DNA of 64,000 nt from a virus (lineage: Duplodnaviria; Caudoviricetes): the IMG/VR virus record IMGVR_UViG_2595698628_000001, positions 6,121 through 70,120 of that record. One strand, written 5' to 3'. Positions 57,726 to 64,000 of this stretch are shown piece after piece. A program made the translations under genes and the position numbers. Position 1 is the first letter of the stretch. Every line of letters starts with the position of its first letter. A model generated the notes under the pieces. That model was given only the letters and a program-made list of their open reading frames with translations. It had not been told where the DNA came from and searched no databases.

Positions 57726-57727
57726 GA

Positions 57728-58039
57728 TCACCACCACAACTTGCCGTCGTGCAGCACCACGCTGAACTGGTCGCCCTCGGCGGCGGAGTCGATGGCGGCG
57801 CAAACGTCGCGCCGGGCGACCTCGGCCAGCTTGGCGACCATCGTGGTGCTCGACAGGTTGATCGAGGCATGGTTGCCGGTCGAGACGTTGACCGCCTCGA
57901 TCACGCGGTACGTCTTGGCGGCGACGTAGGTGCGGGCGGTGAGCACCTTGTAGGCTTGACCGCGCTCGACCGCGCCGAGCATCACGCCCCGGTAGAGGTC
58001 GCCCGGCTGCAGCTCGGCAGCCTCGATCAGGGTGCTCAC
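57728..58039 (-). CDS. Hypothetical protein
   Basis: GTGA overlap. Confidence 0.6.
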   Translation of the reverse strand: MSTLIEAAELQPGDLYRGVMLGAVERGQAYKVLTARTYVAAKTYRVIEAVNVSTGNHASINLSSTTMVAKLAEVARRDVCAAIDSAAEGDQFSVVLHDGKLWW

Positions 58040-58224
58040 TGCGCCCGCCGGGCGATCTCGTCGCAGACCACGCGGGCCTGGGCGACGCGCTCGGGGTCGG
58101 TGTATCCGAAGTGCCGGTTGCGTTCGGCGACCAGCTGGTCATCGGTTGCCGAGGCGACGAACGTGGCGTACCCGCCGTCGCCGACCCGGCTGGCCGGGGT
58201 CGGGGTGACTGAGTTGATCTTCAC
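58036..58224 (-). CDS. Hypothetical protein
   Basis: GGAGG RBS; directly downstream of the repeat. Confidence 0.65.
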   Translation of the reverse strand: MKINSVTPTPASRVGDGGYATFVASATDDQLVAERNRHFGYTDPERVAQARVVCDEIARRAQ

Positions 58225-58238
58225 GGTGATCCTCCGTT

Positions 58239-58297
58239 CCGGCGGGTCGGTCCCGCCTCACGCTCGAAACGTTACCCGACTAAGGCGGGTAAGTCTA
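58239..58297 (-). promoter_or_regulatory. Conserved promoter-operator-hairpin repeat, copy 3
   Basis: TAGACT-17bp-TAACGT; hairpin 58241-58257. Confidence 0.88.
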
Positions 58298-58312
58298 TGG
58301 CCTACGAACTGG

Positions 58313-58549
58313 CTACTTCTGCGTCACCGTGCGACGTCGCGGCTCACGCTGCAGGTGCTCATCGAGCTGGCCGACCAGCGACGGGCGCGGTGTCCTCGCT
58401 GGCACAGTGTGCGCCCTGACCTTGCCGTCTTTGCGGACGCTGCGCACCGTGCCGCAGACCCGGCACAAGGTCTCGGTGACGTAGCGCTCGCGGTCGGACC
58501 AGCGACGCCGGTTGACGACCGGCAGCTGGCCCGACCCGAGGCATCTCAT
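58313..58549 (-). CDS. Basic Zn-finger hypothetical protein
   Basis: C.GSG...CRVCG...GKVRAH. Confidence 0.6.
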   Translation of the reverse strand: MRCLGSGQLPVVNRRRWSDRERYVTETLCRVCGTVRSVRKDGKVRAHTVPARTPRPSLVGQLDEHLQREPRRRTVTQK

Positions 58550-58764
58550 TTGATCGGTTCGCCGTTGGCGTCGCAGCCGTAGATCGGCCCGGCTCCGGCG
58601 GTCGACTGCCAGGCGGTCGGGATATACCCGCCCTTGTCGATCCACTCGTGCAGCGCCACGACCAGCTCGGCCAGCCGGACGGCTTGCGGGTCGTGGTCCT
58701 CGCTGAACTGCACGATGCCGCGTGCGAGGCCCAGTGTCTCTGCCAGATTGGCGTCGGGGTCCAT
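58546..58764 (-). CDS. Hypothetical protein
   Basis: MDPDANL...LHEWIDKGGYIPTAW. Confidence 0.65.
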   Translation of the reverse strand: MDPDANLAETLGLARGIVQFSEDHDPQAVRLAELVVALHEWIDKGGYIPTAWQSTAGAGPIYGCDANGEPIK

Positions 58765-58765
58765 C

Positions 58766-59002
58766 TCAGCTCACCGAGACCCACTGCATCACGACCGCCA
58801 GCGCAGCGTCGTAGCTGTCGGCGCTGGTGATCTCGTTGACGAACTCGGCGGCCTGCTCACGGCTGGCTCCGCCGGACAGCAGCGCGCGCTGCACTCGCCC
58901 GATGATCAGGAACACGTTGCCGTCGTTGCCGGTCAGCTGCACGTGGACGTCAGGGAACTTGGGACGCTCGGCGGTCTCTGCCTCGGTGGTGTCGTTTGCC
59001 AT
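58766..59002 (-). CDS. Hypothetical protein
   Basis: LTGNDGNVFLIIGRV...SYDAAL. Confidence 0.7.
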   Translation of the reverse strand: MANDTTEAETAERPKFPDVHVQLTGNDGNVFLIIGRVQRALLSGGASREQAAEFVNEITSADSYDAALAVVMQWVSVS

Positions 59003-59047
59003 CAGATTTGCTCTCTCCGTGATCGGGGTGGTTGTGAGTGATAGGTG

Positions 59048-59075
59048 GGGTGGCCCGACCGTAGCCGGGCCACCC
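59048..59075. terminator. Intergenic hairpin
   Basis: GGGTGGCCCG-8nt-CGGGCCACCC. Confidence 0.55.
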
Positions 59076-59083
59076 TGGTGGTG

Positions 59084-59671
59084 CTAGTGCCGCTCGAACG
59101 GGCTGCCGTAGCGACCGGCGTGCCCGCCGGAGCCGCCCGACCCTGCACCGCCGACGTACCCGCCCGGCGCGTAGCTGGTCAAGATGGCCACGATGCCCTC
59201 ATCGGCGCTCGGGTCGGAGGTGCCGAGCACCCGCCCGAACGCGCCCATCTCCTCGGCCACAGGCGGCTCCACGCCCTCGGGCAGCAGGCTGTCGCCGTCG
59301 ACCAGCGACCGCAGCGTTGCCCAGTTGGCCTCGCCGATGAACTGCAGCAGGCCGGGCCAGTTGAACCGCCGACCCTCCTGCCCGGTCACGGCCCAGCGCA
59401 CGCTGCGACCGTCGCGCCAGCCGACAGCGGCATAGTTGTAGTTGCGGCCCGACTGGTAGCGCTCGAACGCGACGACCGGGTGCTCACCCTGCGCCACGCG
59501 CGGCATCTTGGGCTTGCGTGCCTCCTCCTCGGCGATGGCCTGCTCAGCAGCCTGCCGGGTCAGTTCCTCGGCGATCGAGCGGGCACGTGCGGCCTCGGCG
59601 CGCAGCTGCGCGGCGGTGACCGGCGCGGCGGCGACCTCGGTGGCCTTCTCGCCCTGGTTGTCGTTGCTCAT
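59084..59671 (-). CDS. Hypothetical protein
   Basis: AGGAGG RBS. Confidence 0.7.
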   Translation of the reverse strand: MSNDNQGEKATEVAAAPVTAAQLRAEAARARSIAEELTRQAAEQAIAEEEARKPKMPRVAQGEHPVVAFERYQSGRNYNYAAVGWRDGRSVRWAVTGQEGRRFNWPGLLQFIGEANWATLRSLVDGDSLLPEGVEPPVAEEMGAFGRVLGTSDPSADEGIVAILTSYAPGGYVGGAGSGGSGGHAGRYGSPFERH

Positions 59672-59700
59672 GGTTGATGTCCTCCTGGTGTTGGTTGGTG

Positions 59701-59739
59701 GTTGTGGTGCGCGTTGGCCGGACGCGCCCCCGGTCGAGC
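59701..59739 (-). repeat. Second intergenic repeat family, copy A
   Basis: Nearly identical to 61142-61181. Confidence 0.8.
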
Positions 59740-59742
59740 TGA

Positions 59743-60816
59743 TCAGGCGGGCTGCAGCACCTCCGAGGTTGCCGGGGTCAGCTGAGCCACCGTCTTGTCG
59801 AGGCTGCCCTTGATGCCGGTGAAGGCGTCACTCTTGAGCTTGTGCAGGTCGAACGACGTCAGCGTGCGCACCGCGCGCTTGGCAGCCTGGTCGCCCTTGC
59901 CCAGCACCGGCATGAAGTGGTCGGCGTACTCGGTGACGGCGTTGTAGGCGGCGTACGCGGTGCCCTCGAACGGTTTGATGCTCGGCGACTGCCGCATCAC
60001 CTCCATCACCTGCGTGACCCGCTCGACGCGCGCCCCGCGCATCTTGTCGGACTCCGCCTTGTTGACGCCGAACACGTCGTTGAACACCGCGCGCACCCAC
60101 TGCTCGTCGCGCTCCGCCTTCACCAGCGCCTCCATCTCGGCGGCGAACACGTCGGTGTACTTGAACGTCAGGCCCAGCAGCTTGCGTACCTCGGCCAGCT
60201 TGGCGGTCGGCGCGCCCGTGTGCCGCAGGGCGACCGAGGAGACCGCTGCAGCCTCAGCGATGCGCTGCGTGTTGGCGCACACGATGCGAACCGGCGAGAT
60301 GACCGCCCGCAGGCTGCCCTGCCCGTCGTGGTGGTTGATGACGGCCAGGTACACCTCGGTGGTGTCCTTGAACCCGTCTGCACCCGTGAACTCCACGTGC
60401 GTCGGCATCAGCATCGTGACGAACGTGCGCCGACCGCCGTCCAGTGAGCCGATGGTCTCGATGTGCGCGCCGGACTGGTCGGTGATGTCGTAGAGCAGAT
60501 CGGTGGTCTCCTCGTTCTGGTACGGCTGCCAGCGGTCGCCGACGACGGCCAGCGCCTCCGGCATGAGGGTGTGCGGGTTGGTCCGCAGCACGGTCCACTG
60601 GCCCGGTGCAGCCACCTCGATCTCGCCATCGAGACCGTCGGGCACCGTCTGGCGGTGCTCGATCTTGCGGACGTTCCAGCCGTTCATGTGCGCGGCTTCC
60701 AGCGCCTCCGCCGGGGTCATCGTGTGGCCGATCTTCTGGCCGAGACCGTGCCAGGCGTCATCGCGGCTGTCGGCGAAGTTGTAGCGCCCGGCGGTGTTGT
60801 CAATCTCGTGTCCCAT
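59743..60816 (-). CDS. DUF932/DUF945-family protein
   Basis: AWHGLG...GSLDGGRRTF...NHHDG...VRIVCANT...RHT; AAGGAGA RBS. Confidence 0.85.
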   Translation of the reverse strand: MGHEIDNTAGRYNFADSRDDAWHGLGQKIGHTMTPAEALEAAHMNGWNVRKIEHRQTVPDGLDGEIEVAAPGQWTVLRTNPHTLMPEALAVVGDRWQPYQNEETTDLLYDITDQSGAHIETIGSLDGGRRTFVTMLMPTHVEFTGADGFKDTTEVYLAVINHHDGQGSLRAVISPVRIVCANTQRIAEAAAVSSVALRHTGAPTAKLAEVRKLLGLTFKYTDVFAAEMEALVKAERDEQWVRAVFNDVFGVNKAESDKMRGARVERVTQVMEVMRQSPSIKPFEGTAYAAYNAVTEYADHFMPVLGKGDQAAKRAVRTLTSFDLHKLKSDAFTGIKGSLDKTVAQLTPATSEVLQPA

Positions 60817-60856
60817 GATGTTCTCCTTGCAGGTAGTGGGTGGTTGGGGTGGTCGA

Positions 60857-61117
60857 TTACTTGACGTTGGGGTCTCGCGGAGCCGGGTCATCGCCGTTGG
60901 GCGTGCCGTCGCCGTCGCCGTCCTTGGCACCCCAGCCGCCACCTCCGCCGTGGCTGTTGATGGCGATGTCCTTGCACGCGGCTTTGTGTCCGTTGCGGTA
61001 GGCCATGTTGGAGCTGCACAGCACGTCGTCCTGCGGTCCCGCGACGGCGGGTGCGGCGAGGGCGAGGCCTGCAGCGATGAGCGCCGACCCGAGGGCGGCG
61101 GTGAGGGTGATCTTCAT
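60857..61117 (-). CDS. Small secreted protein with DxDxDG motif
   Basis: Signal peptide ending AVA|GP; DGDGDGTPNGDDPAPRDP. Confidence 0.65.
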   Translation of the reverse strand: MKITLTAALGSALIAAGLALAAPAVAGPQDDVLCSSNMAYRNGHKAACKDIAINSHGGGGGWGAKDGDGDGTPNGDDPAPRDPNVK

Positions 61118-61141
61118 GGTGGTGCCTTTCGTGAGTGGTGG

Positions 61142-61181
61142 GTTGTGGTTGCGCGTTGGCCGGTCGCGCCCCCGGTCGAGC
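61142..61181 (-). repeat. Second intergenic repeat family, copy B
   Basis: Nearly identical to 59701-59739. Confidence 0.8.
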
Positions 61182-61182
61182 G

Positions 61183-61443
61183 TCAGGGCAGGTCGACGTC
61201 CAGGTTGGACACGGCCCACAGGGTGATCTGCGCGATGTCCGCGCCGTCGGTGCTGTCGACGTCGATGACGGCGACCTTGCTGCTCTCGTCGCCGCCGACG
61301 AACCCGGCTGCCCAGGTGGGGTGGACGTCGGTCCAGGTGACGTTGCCGTTGGCCTTGGCTGCCGAGACCAGCGAGTCCATCAGGTGCTCGACCTCGGAGT
61401 TGAGGCTGTACCAGCTGGTGACGGTCACGGTGCGAGTGGTCAT
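61183..61443 (-). CDS. Hypothetical protein
   Basis: GAAGGG RBS; downstream of the repeat. Confidence 0.7.
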   Translation of the reverse strand: MTTRTVTVTSWYSLNSEVEHLMDSLVSAAKANGNVTWTDVHPTWAAGFVGGDESSKVAVIDVDSTDGADIAQITLWAVSNLDVDLP

Positions 61444-61454
61444 TTTGAACCCTT

Positions 61455-61520
61455 CCGGCGGGTCGGTCCCGCCTCCTGATAGCAGAAACGTTACCCGACT
61501 AAGGCGGGTAAGTCTATAGC
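61455..61520 (-). promoter_or_regulatory. Conserved promoter-operator-hairpin repeat, copy 4
   Basis: TAGACT-17bp-TAACGT; hairpin 61457-61473. Confidence 0.88.
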
Positions 61521-61537
61521 CTCCGAGCTTGAAAGAT

Positions 61538-61567
61538 GGCCCGCCCCGGCCTGAACCGGGGCGGGCC
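61538..61567 (-). terminator. Intrinsic terminator
   Basis: GGCCCGCCCCGG-6nt-CCGGGGCGGGCC, then ATCTTTC on the - strand. Confidence 0.75.
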
Positions 61568-61575
61568 GGAGCGGT

Positions 61576-62394
61576 CTAGGCCTCCGCCTCGGCGATCTTG
61601 CCGATGAGCCAGCGGGCGGCGTTGACCTTGTTGAGCCGGTCCAGATCGTGGAACCCGGCACCTTCCAGGTTGGCGGTCTCCATGTCGCTGCAGTGCGCCA
61701 ACAGGGTGTCGCGCTCGACCTGCGTGGTGGCGATCGTGACCGACCCGTCGGTGCGCTTGCGCGCTGCAGCCATCTTGGCGATGATCTGCGCCTCGACCTC
61801 GGTGCGCTCGACGGTGACCAGCCACGCGCTCACCCGGCTGGTGATGCGCAGCTTGACGGTCGCCTCGGCTGCCTCCGCCCGGCGGGCGATCTCGGCGTCC
61901 ACGGCGGCGTCGACCGTCATCAGCGGCTCCGGCTCGATCTCCTCGGCGGTGACCTCGCCGTCGGCCATCGTGATGACCGCCTCCGGCTGCAGGTCGGCGG
62001 CGAACTCCGCCTCGATGGCGTCCAGCGCGGCGTCGGCGGTCTCGTAGACCGTGACGTTGTTGGCGACGTGCTTGGACGCGGTGACCTTGCCCTTGTTCTT
62101 GGCGGCGACCAGCTCGGCGAACGCGCTGGCCGGAATCTCGCCCCAGCCGTCGATGTCGGGCATCCACTCGCCGAGCTTGCCCTTGATCGCGGTCGGCTTC
62201 ACCGGCACGATCGTGGCGGGCACGCCCGTGCTGTAGGTCTGCTCCCGGCTAGTCGATGCCTTGGCGGCAGAGGCCATCGTCTTGTGCCACTGCACCTGGC
62301 TGCCGACCGTAATGGCGACGTAGGGCATGGTGCCCGAGGTGCGGGTGTAGGTGTGGCCTTCGTGGACTGCGGTGAACTCGATCTTGGCGGCCAT
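61576..62394 (-). CDS. Hypothetical protein
   Basis: AAGGGAG RBS; has its own promoter and terminator. Confidence 0.75.
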   Translation of the reverse strand: MAAKIEFTAVHEGHTYTRTSGTMPYVAITVGSQVQWHKTMASAAKASTSREQTYSTGVPATIVPVKPTAIKGKLGEWMPDIDGWGEIPASAFAELVAAKNKGKVTASKHVANNVTVYETADAALDAIEAEFAADLQPEAVITMADGEVTAEEIEPEPLMTVDAAVDAEIARRAEAAEATVKLRITSRVSAWLVTVERTEVEAQIIAKMAAARKRTDGSVTIATTQVERDTLLAHCSDMETANLEGAGFHDLDRLNKVNAARWLIGKIAEAEA

Positions 62395-62415
62395 CTCTGG
62401 CTCCCTTCGTGATGT

Positions 62416-62494
62416 CCGGCGGGTCGGTCCCGCCTTGCTTGACACGAGAAACGTTACCCTCCTAAGTCGGGTAAGTCTATAGCCATTTATGTGG
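62416..62494 (-). promoter_or_regulatory. Conserved promoter-operator-hairpin repeat, copy 5
   Basis: TAGACT-17bp-TAACGT; hairpin 62418-62434. Confidence 0.88.
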
Positions 62495-62506
62495 CTTTAT
62501 TGCAGG

Positions 62507-62674
62507 TCACAGCGCCTGCATCGCTGCCGACACCGGTATCGCGAGCACGCTGGTGAACATGATCACCGCCCCGGCCCATTCGCGGGCCGACCCCTCGGCG
62601 GCGTTGCCGATCAGCTTGATGCCGAGCAGCACCCCGGTGATGCCGAGCAGGGTCACGATCAAGGTGGTTGTCAT
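62507..62674 (-). CDS. 55-aa 2-TM membrane protein
   Basis: MTTTLIVTLLGITGVLLGIKLIG...WAGAVIMFTSVLAIPVSAAMQAL; ATGA overlap. Confidence 0.6.
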   Translation of the reverse strand: MTTTLIVTLLGITGVLLGIKLIGNAAEGSAREWAGAVIMFTSVLAIPVSAAMQAL

Positions 62675-63078
62675 TCCGTCTCCCGGCGGATCACGTCGGC
62701 GATCGGGTCACCGAACATCTCGGATTGTTCCTCGTAGGTGAGCTGACCGATGGTCTCGGCCACGACGTCGGCGGTGTCGTAGGTGACCGCCGGGTAGAAC
62801 GTGCAGGTTGCCTCGCATGGCTCATCCGGCGCGTGGTCGTGCAGCCCGAGCGCCATGCCTTTCCACGGGCTGTCCATCGCCTCGATCTGACGGCGGTGAA
62901 ATGCCGCGTACTCGTCAACGTCGTCGTGCAGCATCCGCACTGGCTCCGGCGATCGTTGCGGAGCGAGCAGCGAGGCTGCCCAAGCGATGTGATTCTGGGC
63001 CTCGGCGTCGGCAGCCCGGCGGCGTGCCCGGCGACCGAACAGGCCGCAGGCCGGGCAGCGCAATCGACGGCAGCTCAC
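62671..63078 (-). CDS. Hypothetical protein
   Basis: GTGA overlap. Confidence 0.55.
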   Translation of the reverse strand: MSCRRLRCPACGLFGRRARRRAADAEAQNHIAWAASLLAPQRSPEPVRMLHDDVDEYAAFHRRQIEAMDSPWKGMALGLHDHAPDEPCEATCTFYPAVTYDTADVVAETIGQLTYEEQSEMFGDPIADVIRRETE

Positions 63079-63422
63079 GGCACAATCACCTCGATCTCTC
63101 GGCGGAACAGGCACAACTTGCGCCCTCGGGCGAACACGATGCAGTACAGCGGCTCACGGTCGCCACGCATAATCGCGGTGATCTGGCCCCGGCGGGTGCC
63201 GGAGACCATCACGACGTCGCCGACGACCGGTGTCACGTTGGGGTCGGCAGCGCGGGCCGATGCCGCCTGCCCGGCGTCGATCTGGGCCTGGCGCTTGGTC
63301 GGCCAGCTGCAGGCCTTCACGTGTGGCCCGTCGGCGGTCCAGAACCCGCCCGCGTGGGCGTGATGCTGCACCGTGAACGGGCCGGAGGTGTAGACGCCGT
63401 TGGCGTCGCGGTGCCACTTCAC
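63075..63422 (-). CDS. Hypothetical protein (C-terminal SH3/KOW-like region)
   Basis: VGDVVMV...RGQITAI. Confidence 0.6.
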   Translation of the reverse strand: MKWHRDANGVYTSGPFTVQHHAHAGGFWTADGPHVKACSWPTKRQAQIDAGQAASARAADPNVTPVVGDVVMVSGTRRGQITAIMRGDREPLYCIVFARGRKLCLFRREIEVIVP

Positions 63423-63688
63423 GCAGTCACCGCCCTCGGGAAGGTCGCGAGCGTGGCCTGGTCGCCGCCGACGCGATAGATCATGCCCAGCTTGGGGTCC
63501 ACGATGACCGTCTTGGGGTCATACGGGCCAGCGTCGCCGAGGTCGGGCAGCTCGTGGCTCGGGATGCCGAGCTGCAGCCGCAATGCCTTGACCATGATCC
63601 AGGCGTGGACTGACTCGGGGTTCTCTGCGAGCACCGCGAGGTGGGTCTGCAGGTGGGTGCGCAGTTCGTCGTTGGTCATCGTGGTCAT
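63419..63688 (-). CDS. Hypothetical protein
   Basis: AGGAGA RBS. Confidence 0.6.
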   Translation of the reverse strand: MTTMTNDELRTHLQTHLAVLAENPESVHAWIMVKALRLQLGIPSHELPDLGDAGPYDPKTVIVDPKLGMIYRVGGDQATLATFPRAVTA

Positions 63689-63891
63689 GCTGGGTCTCCT
63701 GTCAACAGGCGCGAGGCCTCGGGAAAGTAGAACGCGGCGGAGCCGCCGCAGCCGCACAGACGCCGGGCGGCGGTGTGCTTGTCGGGGCAGCAGGCGTTGG
63801 CGTCGAACTCCGCCCACCACTGTGCCCAGGTCAGGCTGTCCTCGAACACCTCGGCCAGGTTGGGCTGGGCCAGATCGGTCTCGGTGATCAT
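63685..63891 (-). CDS. Small Cys-rich hypothetical protein
   Basis: Directly downstream of the repeat. Confidence 0.6.
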   Translation of the reverse strand: MITETDLAQPNLAEVFEDSLTWAQWWAEFDANACCPDKHTAARRLCGCGGSAAFYFPEASRLLTGDPA

Positions 63892-63904
63892 CGGGGTATC
63901 CGTT

Positions 63905-63978
63905 CCGGCGGGTCGGTCCCGCCTCACAACCGAAACGCTACCCTCCTAAGTCGGGTAAGTCTATAGCCATTTATGTGG
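63905..63978 (-). promoter_or_regulatory. Conserved promoter-operator-hairpin repeat, copy 6
   Basis: TAGACT-17bp-TAGCGT; hairpin 63907-63923. Confidence 0.88.
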
Positions 63979-64000
63979 GGTAATGCGCTATCCTCCGGTC

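Larger units (their letters stand above)
1..64000. mobile_element. Siphovirus (mycobacteriophage, cluster-B-like) genome segment
   Basis: Portal, capsid, tail, tape measure, lysin A/lysin B and replication genes in phage order; lysin B implies a mycolate-containing host; no host genes seen. Confidence 0.93.

Noticed and set aside
62416-63927. In-frame leaderless GTG starts reading through the hairpin (62445, 63927)
   Set aside because: The equivalent GTG at 58261 is out of frame and other copies lack it; SD-led ATGs exist downstream
11848-63958. Palindromes read as recombinase (att/dif/lox) sites
   Set aside because: No recombinase gene seen, arms are short, and the fixed position between -35 and -10 fits an operator better
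58239-63978. Repeats read as a CRISPR array
   Set aside because: Copies are 0.9-3 kb apart and separated by whole genes; there is no cas operon, and the Cas4-like nuclease is an ordinary phage exonuclease
1-64000. tRNA, integrase, reverse transcriptase/DGR and 7-deazaguanine modification genes
   Set aside because: No recognisable motifs by eye; tRNAscan and HMM searches were not run, and part of the genome lies outside the window

Overview
This window is about 64 kb of a GC-rich siphovirus genome. Its architecture matches cluster-B-like mycobacteriophages; the cluster assignment is an inference from gene order. Left part (+ strand): partial RuvC-like resolvase (- strand, runs off the window start), portal, MuF/protease fusion, two capsid proteins, a membrane/holin-like cassette, major tail, head-tail genes, a 1997-aa tape measure and minor tail genes. 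Middle: a small leftward regulatory operon, lysin A and lysin B, then leftward replication genes (PD-(D/E)XK nuclease, SF2 helicase, prim-pol/helicase, PolA). Right part: a divergent non-coding gap and many small accessory genes. I saw no integrase, tRNA or CRISPR array. The most notable structure is a dispersed regulatory cassette on the - strand: -35 TAGACT, 17 bp, -10 TA(A/G)CGT, with a 21-bp palindromic operator filling the spacer and a near-invariant GGCGGG-ACCGA-CCCGCC hairpin downstream. There are six full copies and four partial ones. Other highlights: a set of apparently leaderless genes, a displaced tail-chaperone pair with a candidate -1 frameshift, hidden micro-ORFs (one between the lysins, one resembling a terminase fragment), and an ACAACCAC start-associated motif. 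All functional calls come from motif recognition and synteny; no searches were run.
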